This document shows positions 29,013 through 38,327 of a DNA stretch of 64,000 nucleotides, one piece after another; position 1 is the stretch's first letter; every line of letters starts with the position of its first letter. Origin of the DNA: Oscillibacter sp. (GTDB lineage Bacteria > Bacillota > Clostridia > Oscillospirales > Oscillospiraceae). The notes under the pieces are model-generated. The model ran no database searches. It saw nothing but the letters and a program-made list of their open reading frames with translations, and was not told the DNA's origin. The stretch lies in the NCBI GenBank assembly GCA_022652815.1, contig JALCRR010000002.1, positions 46,951 to 110,950 on the forward strand, written 5' to 3'. Both the position numbers and the translations under genes were made by a program.

Positions 29013-30218
29013 ATGAAACATGCTGTTTCTCTGCTGATGTGCTTTTTGATGCTGGTGACGCTGACCGCCTGCGGGCAGGATGCTGAAGCAGGCAGCGGTG
29101 CGGGCAGTTCCTCAGACAGCGCCGCCGGAGCATCCCAGTCCGCGGCTGCTTCCTCCCAGCCGGCTGCGCCGGAGGTGGATCCAACCGAAGAGCGAATTGC
29201 GGAGCTGCTCTCCGGCATGACCGTGGAGCAGAAGGTCGGGCAGCTGTTTTTTGTCCGGGTACCGGCGGAATCCGCCGCAGAAGATGTGAAAACCTATCAT
29301 CTGGGTGGCTATCTGCTCTTTGGTCGGGACTTTAAGGACAAGACCGCCAATGAAATCATTCAGGCGGTCAACGCCTATCAGGAAACCGCCGCCGATGACA
29401 CGGGAATTCCCCTGCTGATCGGCGTAGATGAGGAGGGCGGCACCGTGGTGCGCATCTCCTCCAATCCCCATCTCCGCTCGGAAAAATTTAAATCCCCCCA
29501 GCAGCTGTACGCCGCAGGCGGAATGGACGCAGTTGTGCGGGAAACCCACGAAAAGGACGTTTTGCTGCGGGCGCTTGGGATTAACGTCAATCTCTCGCCG
29601 GTGTGCGACGTTTCCACCAACTCTGGCGACTTCATGTATGCCCGCACCTTTGGGCAGGACGCGCAGGCCACTGCCGGGTATGTGGAATCCGTTGTGGGGC
29701 AGATGGGTGCGGACGGCATGGGCAGCGTCTTAAAACACTTCCCCGGCTACGGGAACAATGCCGACACCCACACGGGCATCTCCGTGGACGGACGGCCTCT
29801 GGATTCCTTTCAATCCTCCGATTTTCTGCCCTTTTCCGCCGGAATGCAGGCGGGAAAACAGACTGGGAGTCAAGTTGCCGCCGTGTTGGTGTCCCACAAC
29901 ATTGTACAGTGCATGGACGCCGACCTGCCCGCGTCTCTCTCCCCCGCCGTGCACAAAATTCTGCGGGAGGAGTTGGGCTTTGACGGCGTGGTCATGACCG
30001 ACGATCTGGCTATGGACGCGGTGAAAGCCTACGCCGCAGACGGGAATGTGGCCACCATGGCGATCAGCGCCGGAAACGATCTGGTCATCACCACCGACTA
30101 CCGCGATCAGATTCCCCAGGTAGTTTCCGCCGTGCAGGACGGGACCATCTCCCAGGAAACGCTGGACACCGCCGTATCGCGGGTCCTTGCGTGGAAAGCT
30201 GCGCTGGGACTGCTTTGA
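29013..30218 (+). CDS. GH3 beta-N-acetylhexosaminidase (NagZ-like) lipoprotein
   Basis: Lipobox LTAC; low-complexity linker; DEEGG.V.R; KHFPGYG...DTH; MTDDL.M. Confidence 0.85.
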   Translation: MKHAVSLLMCFLMLVTLTACGQDAEAGSGAGSSSDSAAGASQSAAASSQPAAPEVDPTEERIAELLSGMTVEQKVGQLFFVRVPAESAAEDVKTYHLGGYLLFGRDFKDKTANEIIQAVNAYQETAADDTGIPLLIGVDEEGGTVVRISSNPHLRSEKFKSPQQLYAAGGMDAVVRETHEKDVLLRALGINVNLSPVCDVSTNSGDFMYARTFGQDAQATAGYVESVVGQMGADGMGSVLKHFPGYGNNADTHTGISVDGRPLDSFQSSDFLPFSAGMQAGKQTGSQVAAVLVSHNIVQCMDADLPASLSPAVHKILREELGFDGVVMTDDLAMDAVKAYAADGNVATMAISAGNDLVITTDYRDQIPQVVSAVQDGTISQETLDTAVSRVLAWKAALGLL

Positions 30219-30257
30219 TACGACAATCAACGCGACATTTGAAAGGAATTTTTCCAC

Positions 30258-31418
30258 ATGGAAACTGAAAAGCTCTATTACGCCGACCCATTTTTAAGGG
30301 AATTTACCGCCCGAATTCTGACCTGTGAAAAAGGCCCAAAAGGCGGATTTCTGGTGACTTTGGACCGCACCGCCTTTTATCCGGAGGGTGGCGGACAACC
30401 CTGCGATTTCGGAACGCTGGACGGAAAATCCGTCACCGACGTGCAGGAAAAAGACGGCGTGATTTTCCACAAAGTTGAAAAATCCGTGGAAATTGGGCAA
30501 AACGTGACAGGCATTTTGGACTGGGAGCGACGCTTTGATCACATGCAGCAGCATTCCGGAGAACACATTATTTCCGGGATTCTCTGCGATGCGTTCCACT
30601 GCGACAATGTGGGCTTTCACATGGGCAGCGACGTGGTGACCATCGACTATAACGCGGACATCTCCTGGGAGCAGGCACTGGAAGCCCAGGCGAAAGCCAA
30701 CGCCGTGATCGCCGCCGACACCCCATTTGTCATTACCTACCCCTCCGCCGAGGAGCTGAAAACCATCGACTACCGCAGCAAAAAGGAGCTTTTCGGTCAG
30801 GTGCGCATTGTGACGGTGCCCGGCGCGGATTGCTGTGCCTGTTGCGGCACCCATGTGCTCCGGTGCGGGCAGGTGGGGTTGGTGAAGGTGCTGTCCGTGC
30901 AGAAGTTCCGGGAGGGCGTGCGCATTGAAATCGTCTGCGGAAACCGAGCGCTGCGTCTTTTTGACACGGTGTACGAGCAAAACCGTGCTGTGGCCCAGAG
31001 CCTTTCCGTCAAGCCGGAGGCGACGGCGGCTGCCGTTGCGCGGACGCTCGGGGAACTCTCAGATGCCAAGACCCGCTGCGCCGAGCTGGAGGAGCAGCAT
31101 TTTCTGGAACTTTCAAAAACCTACGCGGGTGCTGGCGACACCGTGCTCTTCTTCTCCCCCATGCCGTCCGACGCCGTGCGAAAGCTGACCGACGCCGTGG
31201 CAAAGCAGTGCGGCGGCCTTGCCGCCGTCTTTGCCGGGCCGGAGGAAACCGACAAGTACAACTACGCGCTGATTCGCGCAGACGGCGCAGACATCAGCGC
31301 CCTTGTAAAATCCATGAACGCGGCACTCTCCGGCCGGGGCGGTGGACGAAACGGCTTTGCCCAGGGCAGCGTTCGGGCGGAAAAGACGGACATTCAGGCT
31401 TTTTTTAAACAGCAGTAA
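30258..31418 (+). CDS. Alanyl-tRNA editing protein (AlaX with DHHA1 domain)
   Basis: TAFYPEGGGQP.D.G; HMQQHSGEH; CACCGTH; GRGGG. Confidence 0.88.
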   Translation: METEKLYYADPFLREFTARILTCEKGPKGGFLVTLDRTAFYPEGGGQPCDFGTLDGKSVTDVQEKDGVIFHKVEKSVEIGQNVTGILDWERRFDHMQQHSGEHIISGILCDAFHCDNVGFHMGSDVVTIDYNADISWEQALEAQAKANAVIAADTPFVITYPSAEELKTIDYRSKKELFGQVRIVTVPGADCCACCGTHVLRCGQVGLVKVLSVQKFREGVRIEIVCGNRALRLFDTVYEQNRAVAQSLSVKPEATAAAVARTLGELSDAKTRCAELEEQHFLELSKTYAGAGDTVLFFSPMPSDAVRKLTDAVAKQCGGLAAVFAGPEETDKYNYALIRADGADISALVKSMNAALSGRGGGRNGFAQGSVRAEKTDIQAFFKQQ

Positions 31419-31431
31419 AGGGGATGCGGTC

Positions 31432-32130
31432 ATGCTCAGCACCGAGGGTTATCAGAAGGTCATTGAAAAGTTTATGAAGTCCCTGCAGGACGGCACGCTG
31501 GCCGCCGGAGATAAAATCTACTCCGAAAATCAGCTTGCCCGCAGTCTCAACATCCCCCGGGCGCAGGTGCACGAGGTCTATTCCGCCCTGTCCATTTTGG
31601 GCGTGCTGTATGGTCAGCAGGGCCGGGGTACCTTTCTCGGCGGAGGCGATCTGGGGCAGAACACCCAGATTCTCTACCTAATGACGCTGACCGCCGCCGG
31701 CGACTTTCAAAATGTGCTGATGGTGCGGCGGATTCTGGAAACCGGCGGTGCCCGCATGGCCGCCGCTAATCGCACCGAGGAGCATCTGGAACATCTGCGG
31801 AGTTTTGCCCGGATCATCGAAACCAGCTCTGACCCCCAGGCGCTGACCGACGCCGATACCGCCCTCCACGCGGAAGTTTTGAAGGCCACCGGCAATGCCC
31901 TGCTCCACTGCCTTTTCCAGATTGTCATCGGCTACATGGCCCGCATTTCACTTCAGCACTGGACCGACGTACTGGAGCAAAATCCCCAGGGGCGCCGGGA
32001 GGATTATATCAGCCAGCACTGGGCGCTTGTCCATGCGGTAGAGCGCGGCGACGCAGATGAGCTGCGCCAACTTCTGGAGCATCACTTCGACACACTGGAG
32101 CGAAACTACGGACTTTACGAAAACGGCTGA
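31432..32130 (+). CDS. GntR/FadR-family transcriptional regulator
   Basis: N-terminal wHTH (GDKIYSE.QLA..L.I.R..V.E...AL...G....QGRGTF) and FCD domain (D..LH......GN.LL). Confidence 0.88.
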   Translation: MLSTEGYQKVIEKFMKSLQDGTLAAGDKIYSENQLARSLNIPRAQVHEVYSALSILGVLYGQQGRGTFLGGGDLGQNTQILYLMTLTAAGDFQNVLMVRRILETGGARMAAANRTEEHLEHLRSFARIIETSSDPQALTDADTALHAEVLKATGNALLHCLFQIVIGYMARISLQHWTDVLEQNPQGRREDYISQHWALVHAVERGDADELRQLLEHHFDTLERNYGLYENG

Positions 32131-32186
32131 TGCCACCTTGCAGGTGGTAAGCGTTTATGAAACAGAAACTACGCCGCGGCGCAAAC

Positions 32187-32270
32187 TTGTTGACAACTTT
32201 TTCCGGTTGTTGACAAGTTTCAGCACCGCGGCTCTTGTATTGTCTGCGTAATTCATGGTATGGTCATGGT
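32187..32270. promoter_or_regulatory. Putative FadR-type operators upstream of tdh
   Basis: Two TTGTTGACAA quasi-palindromes at 32187-32196 and 32207-32216; triple ATGGT at 32255-32270. Confidence 0.55.
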
Positions 32271-32311
32271 AGAAGTAAATTTAAAATTTGATAACAAGGA
32301 GCTGCTGCCTT

Positions 32312-33352
32312 ATGACCGGTACCATGAGAGCGGTTATAAAAACCGCACCACAAGAGGGCTGCATTGAACTGCGCACCGTTCCCATTCCCCAAATCGGACC
32401 CCGGGAAATCCTTGTGCGGGTAAAAGCCGCTGCCGTCTGCGGCACGGACGTGCACATCCGCCACTGGAATGCTTGGGCGCAAAAGCGTATGAATCCCCCG
32501 GTAACCATCGGCCACGAATTTTCCGGTGAAGTCGTGGAGATCGGCAGCGACTGCCATACCGTCAAGGTGGGTGACCGGGTCTCCTCGGAATCCCATATTC
32601 CCTGCAACAACTGTCAAGTGTGCCATGAGGGCAACCGCCATGTCTGCCCCAACACCAAGTGCATCGGCGTTCATCAAGATGGCTGCTTTGCCGAGTACAT
32701 TGCCATTCCCGAGGAAATTGCCTTTGTCTACAATGATCCAAACCTCCCCTGGGAGATTCTAGCGCTGATGGAACCGTTCGGCGTCAGCGTTCACGGCGTG
32801 ATGGACGTGCCTCTGGCCACAAAATCCGTGGCCATCATCGGTGCAGGCCCTCTGGGCGAAATGGGCATTCTGGTTGCCAAAAAAGCCGGCGCCGCCAAGG
32901 TAATTGTGCTGGAGCCCAATGCCCAGCGGGCAGCAACCGCAAAAGCGCTGGGTGCCGACGCCATCATTGATCCCATTGCGCAGGACCCCGTGGTGGCCAT
33001 TCGCGCCCTGACCGACGGCTACGGCCCCCATGTTGCCATTGACTTCTCCGGTTCCTCTGCCGGCATCGCCTCCGCCATGCAATATCTGCGGCCCGAGGGC
33101 CAGCTGACTTGCGTGGCTCTGCCCAACAAACCCGTGGCAGTGGACATTGCCGACTTCGGTTACCGCGGCTGCAAGCTGCGGGGCATCGCAGGGCGGCGGA
33201 TGTATGAAAACTGGGAGGAAATGCGGGGGCTACTGGCTGCCGGCATTGACCTCTCCCCCATTGTGACTCACACGCTTCCTCTGGAAGAATTTCAGCAAGG
33301 TCTGGACCTTACGGAACAGGGTAAGTGTTGTAAGTGTATCTTGATTCCTTAA
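32312..33352 (+). CDS. tdh: L-threonine 3-dehydrogenase (Zn-dependent MDR)
   Basis: CGTD.HI..W..WAQ; GHEFSG; C..C..C.......C; EPFG..VH; GAGPLG; GRRMYENW. Confidence 0.8.
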   Translation: MTGTMRAVIKTAPQEGCIELRTVPIPQIGPREILVRVKAAAVCGTDVHIRHWNAWAQKRMNPPVTIGHEFSGEVVEIGSDCHTVKVGDRVSSESHIPCNNCQVCHEGNRHVCPNTKCIGVHQDGCFAEYIAIPEEIAFVYNDPNLPWEILALMEPFGVSVHGVMDVPLATKSVAIIGAGPLGEMGILVAKKAGAAKVIVLEPNAQRAATAKALGADAIIDPIAQDPVVAIRALTDGYGPHVAIDFSGSSAGIASAMQYLRPEGQLTCVALPNKPVAVDIADFGYRGCKLRGIAGRRMYENWEEMRGLLAAGIDLSPIVTHTLPLEEFQQGLDLTEQGKCCKCILIP

Positions 33353-33363
33353 AACTCTCCCAT

Positions 33364-33412
33364 ACCAAACAAGCAGAGCCGCACCCAGTGAGTGTGGCTC
33401 TGCTCGTTTGGT
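33364..33412. terminator. Bidirectional terminator-like hairpin
   Basis: ACCAAAC.AGCAGAGCCGCAC / GTGTGGCTCTGCT.GTTTGGT between convergent tdh and ltaS-like genes. Confidence 0.7.
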
Positions 33413-33478
33413 CATTTCAAGGTTTATGAGCGATCTCACGCTTTTGGCGTGAAGGCTGTTTTAAGTTTTGCCACCGTC

Positions 33479-35332
33479 TTAGCCCGCAAAATTCTTTTGC
33501 CAGTAATATTGCAAAAGTTCAAACCGCTGTAACGCTTCTGTGCCGTCCGCCGTCAGATCATCCCGTGTGCCGATGGAATCTCCCTCGGCGTAACGACCGA
33601 TGGTGGTGATAATCGGAAGGGTTTGGCGGATGTCCTCCGTGGCCTGCATATAGGCATTTCCGGTCCAGCCGCACTGATCGAACACCTCGTTCATCAGATA
33701 GTTGGAGGAAAGCGTGGGGCCGTTGCCGGTAAAATCATGGCCGGTGGCGGCTTTTGCCGCGTCGTTGGCCCAGATGATGTAATCCGTGGCATACTTGTTG
33801 AAAAGCCCCTCCTCCGTGGAGGTATCCAATGAGATGCCAAGCTCCGCATACACGGAACTGTTGTCCCCCAGCCAGGGCTTATGGTCACCGTAAAGAACCA
33901 CCACCACGGGCTTGTCGGAATCGGCAAAGGTGTCCAGCATGGCGCGCAGCTGCTCCGCCGTATTCTGCACGGAGCCCAGATAGTTATCCAGAATGTTGGT
34001 GGACGCGGTGGAATAGCGATTGTCCGTATAGTGCTGGTCACGCCAGACCTCCGTTGCCGAGTAAGGTCCGTGGCCTTGATACGTGACGTTGAAGGAAAAG
34101 ACCGGTGTACCGTCTGCGGAGACGGCATCCCACTGGCTATGTATTTCCGGCAGCAGCACATCGTCCATGGCGATCTGACCGTCCGCAAGATCGCTGTAAT
34201 AATTTTCGTAGAACCGATACTCCGGGAAGCCCAGATAGGAATTCACATTTTCCCGGTTGTAAAACCATGCGTAGCTGGGATGGCTGCCGGTGACGGCATA
34301 CCCCTGGGACGCAAAATACCGGGCATAGGAATTCGTGGCACTGCGGAAATTTTTCAGCTGGGCAAAGCCGGTCAGAAAGCACCGCTCCGTATTGACCGTG
34401 CCGCCCGCAAAAATATTCGTCAGAAGCGTGCCGTGGTAGCTTTCCGCCAGAATGCTGTCATAGGCGGCATAAGCGCTGTCCCAGTCCACACCCTGTGCGC
34501 CGCAGTCCGAAAAGTCCGCAAAGGCCTCCAGCTGAACTGTCACCACACTGACCTTACTTTCTTCCGGAATGGCTGCGTCCTCATACTGAGAGAGCAGCTT
34601 CTTCGCGTCTGATGCGTGATAGCCCTTTGGCTTTTTCAAGGTATCGGAAGTAGATGAATGGATGAAGGGATAGACAAAGCCCTTGGACAGATATACCTGC
34701 GTGGCCGCCCACTGGTTGGTCTGGTCGTTGTTGACAGCATAGGCGGTATAGACGGTGCTATTCAGCATGGTGAGGGTCAGCGGTACGCAGAGGACTGCCG
34801 GAATGAGCGCCAGCCAAACCCGGCGGCGAAACCGCCCGCCAAGGCGTGCCCGACAGAGAAATTTCAGAAACAAAAAGCCCAGCACAATGCAGGCGATGCC
34901 AAAGAGCATCCGCCGATCCGGTGTCAAGTCGTAGCCCTGCTTAAAGGAGATGGAAATGCCCTCTTTGGCGCTGAGAAGGTCCGCAAACATCAGCGGATCG
35001 TCCCGCAGGCGGAGCATGTAATAATCCGCAAAGCTCAGCCCGATGACGATGCACGCCGTGGTTAAAAATGCCCGGTGCGTCCGACCATAGAGAAAATAAA
35101 AGAAGAAATTCAGCAGTACCACCGGTGCCACATTCAAAAAGAGAATTAGGGGGTGGTGAAAGTAGCTTTGGAACACCGCCAGTTCGTAAGAACCAATGGC
35201 GTACAACAGGGACAAAATTCCCAGCGCGATACCCGAAAGGGTTAGCCAGACAATCGTCCACCAGCCCCGATCCCAAAGGGCCGGAGCGGCGCGCAGGCAG
35301 GTCACAGATTCGCTTTGCGTCAAGGTTTTCAA
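33479..35332 (-). CDS. LTA synthase family (sulfatase/alkaline phosphatase superfamily) membrane protein
   Basis: About 5 TM N-terminus; VQLEAF.D; GGT.N.E..FLTG; YQGHGPY; YGDH.P. TTG start behind AAGGAG. Confidence 0.85.
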   Translation of the reverse strand: MKTLTQSESVTCLRAAPALWDRGWWTIVWLTLSGIALGILSLLYAIGSYELAVFQSYFHHPLILFLNVAPVVLLNFFFYFLYGRTHRAFLTTACIVIGLSFADYYMLRLRDDPLMFADLLSAKEGISISFKQGYDLTPDRRMLFGIACIVLGFLFLKFLCRARLGGRFRRRVWLALIPAVLCVPLTLTMLNSTVYTAYAVNNDQTNQWAATQVYLSKGFVYPFIHSSTSDTLKKPKGYHASDAKKLLSQYEDAAIPEESKVSVVTVQLEAFADFSDCGAQGVDWDSAYAAYDSILAESYHGTLLTNIFAGGTVNTERCFLTGFAQLKNFRSATNSYARYFASQGYAVTGSHPSYAWFYNRENVNSYLGFPEYRFYENYYSDLADGQIAMDDVLLPEIHSQWDAVSADGTPVFSFNVTYQGHGPYSATEVWRDQHYTDNRYSTASTNILDNYLGSVQNTAEQLRAMLDTFADSDKPVVVVLYGDHKPWLGDNSSVYAELGISLDTSTEEGLFNKYATDYIIWANDAAKAATGHDFTGNGPTLSSNYLMNEVFDQCGWTGNAYMQATEDIRQTLPIITTIGRYAEGDSIGTRDDLTADGTEALQRFELLQYYWQKNFAG

Positions 35333-35347
35333 CGTGATGGACTCCTT

Positions 35348-35396
35348 TGTGGATAAAACTTAAGCCTCATCATAACACATCACCCTTCAATTTGCA
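35348..35396 (-). promoter_or_regulatory. sigma-A promoter of the ltaS-like gene with a downstream perfect DnaA box
   Basis: TTGCAA (35396-35391)-17-TATGAT (35373-35368); TTATCCACA at 35356-35348 between the -10 and the RBS. Confidence 0.6.
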
Positions 35397-35416
35397 AAAG
35401 CAGTCGAAAAAGGCAT

Positions 35417-35455
35417 AAAAACGGGACTGCCCTCTTTCAAAAGCAGTCCCGTTTT
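35417..35455. terminator. Intrinsic terminator
   Basis: AAAACGGGACTGC / GCAGTCCCGTTTT. Confidence 0.7.
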
Positions 35456-35648
35456 CCACAAGCTGTTTAAAATGATGGCAATAACGCATAAAGATTGTAT
35501 GCGTATTGCGACGTCAAATTTTTTGCCAGTCTGGACAAAGTTTCCGCAGCCATACTGACGTATGACAAGGAAATTTTGGGCGGGATGGCGGAAAAGATGC
35601 AAGCAAGACACGTACAAAGCCGCCAGGCGGTCTTTATGCGGTAGTGCC

Positions 35649-37067
35649 TTAGTACTTGAGTTTGTCAGTCAGCCATGCATGAAGCTCGCTGATGGGAAGT
35701 CTCACCTGCTCCATCGTATCGCGGTCACGGATGGTCACGCAGTTGTCGGCGGCATTCTTATCGTCGCCCACGGTCTGGAAGTCCACGGTGATGCAGTACG
35801 GCGTGCCGATCTCATCCTCGCGGCGATAGCGCTTGCCGATAGAACCGGTGTCGTCGAAGTCCACCATCCAGTCGGCAGAGAGCTCCTGCTGGATCTCCCG
35901 GGCCTTGTCGTTGAGCTTCTTGGAAAGCGGCAGCACAGCAGCCTTGAAGGGTGCGATGGCGGGATGGAAGTGCATGACGGTGCGGACATCGTTCTTCTCC
36001 GCGTCCACCACTTCCTCGTCATAGGCCTCCACCAGGAAGGCGAGGGTCATGCGATCTGCGCCCAGGGACGGCTCGATGACGTAAGGAATATAATGCTCGT
36101 TGGTCTCTTGATCGAAGTAGGTCAAGTCCTGGCCGGAATGGGTCTGATGCTGCGTTAGGTCGTAATTCGTGCGGTCAGCAACGCCCCACAGCTCGCCCCA
36201 GCCGAAGGGGAACCGGTACTCAAAGTCCGTGGTAGCCTTGGAGTAGAAGGAGAGTTCCTCTTTTTCGTGATCGCGCAGGCGCAGGTTTTCATCCTTCACG
36301 CCCAGATTTTTCAGCCAGTCATGGCAATAGCTGCGCCAATACTCAAACCACTCGAGGTCGGTGTCTGGCTTACAGAAGAACTCCAGCTCCATCTGCTCGA
36401 ACTCGCGGATGCGGAAAATGAAGTTGCCCGGGGTAATCTCATTGCGGAAGGATTTGCCGACCTGGCACACGCCGAAGGGCAGCTTGCGCCGGGTGGTGCG
36501 CTGAATGGCAGGGAAGTTCACGAAAATGCCCTGGGCTGTCTCCGGACGAAGATAAACCTCGGTGGAGGTATCCTCCGTGACGCCCATGTGGGTCTTGAAC
36601 ATCAGATTGAACTTGCGGATGTCCGTAAAGTCGGACTTGCCGCAGCCGGGGCAGGGGATCTGCTTTTCGCGGATATAGGCCACCAGTGCGTCGTTGTCCA
36701 TGGCCTCCACGTTCACATCGGTGATGCCCTGCTCGTTGTTATAGGCTTCGATCAGTTTGTCGGCGCGATGGCGCATTTTGCAGGCCTTGCAGTCGATCAG
36801 AGGATCGTTGAACGTGGTGACATGGCCGGAGGCCACCCACACCTGCGGATTCATCAAGATCGCGGCGTCCAGACCGACGTTGTACGGATTCTCCTGCACA
36901 AATTTCTTCCACCAGGCGCGCTTGACGTTGTTTTTGAGCTCCACACCCAGAGGGCCAAAGTCCCAGGAATTGGCGAGGCCGCCGTAAATCTCGCTGCCGG
37001 GGAATACGAAGCCGCGGTTTTTGCACAGGGCAACAACTTTGTCCATGGTTTTCTGCTTGTTATCCAT
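35649..37067 (-). CDS. glyQS: Glycine--tRNA ligase (homodimeric type)
   Basis: [13 protein letters not shown]; GPLG; [11 protein letters not shown]; GKSFRNEI; REFEQME; VIEPS.G.DR. Confidence 0.97.
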   Translation of the reverse strand: MDNKQKTMDKVVALCKNRGFVFPGSEIYGGLANSWDFGPLGVELKNNVKRAWWKKFVQENPYNVGLDAAILMNPQVWVASGHVTTFNDPLIDCKACKMRHRADKLIEAYNNEQGITDVNVEAMDNDALVAYIREKQIPCPGCGKSDFTDIRKFNLMFKTHMGVTEDTSTEVYLRPETAQGIFVNFPAIQRTTRRKLPFGVCQVGKSFRNEITPGNFIFRIREFEQMELEFFCKPDTDLEWFEYWRSYCHDWLKNLGVKDENLRLRDHEKEELSFYSKATTDFEYRFPFGWGELWGVADRTNYDLTQHQTHSGQDLTYFDQETNEHYIPYVIEPSLGADRMTLAFLVEAYDEEVVDAEKNDVRTVMHFHPAIAPFKAAVLPLSKKLNDKAREIQQELSADWMVDFDDTGSIGKRYRREDEIGTPYCITVDFQTVGDDKNAADNCVTIRDRDTMEQVRLPISELHAWLTDKLKY

Positions 37068-37118
37068 CCTATAAAACTCCTTTTTCATGCAATATTTTGA
37101 ATGTTTACTTTTCAGAGC

Positions 37119-37360
37119 AAATAAAAAACGCCCGGAGCCGCAAAGGCTCAGGGCGAACGAAAAGTCCGTGGTACCACCTGAATTCACATTCAAACGAATG
37201 TGCACTCTTCTCCCGATAACGGCGGGTTCCGGCAACGCCTGCAATTTCTCTCGGCGATGCAGCTCATAGGCGCCTTCGGCTCTTTCACAACGGGGGCTTA
37301 CAGCGTCCGCCCTCTCTCTTTGCCTGTGAAATGAGTCTACTACTCCTCATCGATGCCTGT
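37119..37360 (-). promoter_or_regulatory. T-box riboswitch, Gly specifier
   Basis: Specifier GAA-GGC-G (37274-37272); T-box AATTCAGGTGGTACCACG; terminator 37153-37119; promoter TTGACA (37406-37401)-17-TACAGT (37383-37378). Confidence 0.88.
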
Positions 37361-37437
37361 TTTCTTGATTCCCGGTAACTGTACCATCTTTTTGTCCCCC
37401 TGTCAAGCGCAGGACGGTTTTTTTCCACAGGATGTGC

Positions 37438-37475
37438 AAAAAAAGCACCGGAAATCATGGTTTCCGGTGCTTTTT
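37438..37475. terminator. Intrinsic terminator of the rpmH-jag operon
   Basis: AAAAAGCACCGGAAA / TTTCCGGTGCTTTTT. Confidence 0.8.
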
Positions 37476-37478
37476 CTC

Positions 37479-38312
37479 TTACTGTTTGTCCCGATCCAAG
37501 GCCACAATGACCCGGCGATTGGGCTCGGTACCCGTCGAATACGTGGTGATTCCCGGGGTATCCTGCAGTGCCGTGTGGATCACATGGCGCTCGTAGGCGT
37601 TCATGGGCTCCAGCGTCACGCTGCGGCGGTACTTGACCACCTTGCCGGCAACCTTCTGGGCCAGGTGCTGCAGGGATTCCTCCCGGCGCTCCCGGTAGTT
37701 CTCCGCATCCAGCTGGATGCGGACGCGGCCTGCGCCGCTGCGGTTGACGGAGTAGCTGGTGAGCTGCTGAATGGCGTCCAGCGTCTCGCCGCGACGGCCA
37801 ATCAAGGATCCCAGGTTCTCCCCTTCCAGAATGACCTTGTAGCGGCCCTTTTCCGGCTGATAGACACGCACCTGTGCGGGGCTTTCCATCTGTGTGAGAA
37901 GGCCGTTGAGGAAGGTTTTGATGTCCTGTGCCTTTTCGTCGTCCACCTCGTCGCCAAGGGGAACAGTGGGAGCCGCCGGCACGTTTTCCACCTTCGGTGC
38001 AAAAGCAGGCGCTGCCTTCGGGGCAGCCGGCTTGGGAGCTGCGGGTTTCTTTTCAAACCCCGTCTTTTTCTCGGGAGCCGGCTTCTTCACTTCAGCGCTG
38101 CGGACGGGCGCTGGATTTTCAAGGGCGCTCTTCTCATCCTCCGGGCCATAAGTAACCCGAATTTTTGCGGGCTGGCTGCCCAGGCCGAGAAAGCCGGACT
38201 TTGCCCGTTCAAGAATCTGCACGGACACATCATCCCGATCAAGACCCAGCTGAGACAGTGCCTTGCTGATGGCCTCCTCCTCGGTTTTGCCCGTTACATC
38301 AATATAACTCAT
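37479..38312 (-). CDS. jag: RNA-binding protein Jag/EloR/KhpB
   Basis: Jag_N (GKT.EEAI..A...L; GFLG.G); KH (LIG.RGETLDA.Q.L); R3H (MNAYERHVIH). Confidence 0.93.
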   Translation of the reverse strand: MSYIDVTGKTEEEAISKALSQLGLDRDDVSVQILERAKSGFLGLGSQPAKIRVTYGPEDEKSALENPAPVRSAEVKKPAPEKKTGFEKKPAAPKPAAPKAAPAFAPKVENVPAAPTVPLGDEVDDEKAQDIKTFLNGLLTQMESPAQVRVYQPEKGRYKVILEGENLGSLIGRRGETLDAIQQLTSYSVNRSGAGRVRIQLDAENYRERREESLQHLAQKVAGKVVKYRRSVTLEPMNAYERHVIHTALQDTPGITTYSTGTEPNRRVIVALDRDKQ

Positions 38313-38327
38313 CTTTCAACAAGCTCC

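Noticed and set aside
32158-32183. ECF (sigma-W-like) promoter TGAAAC-N16-CGCA upstream of tdh
   Set aside because: The -10 element is mismatched and differs from the local ECF's own promoter; likely chance.
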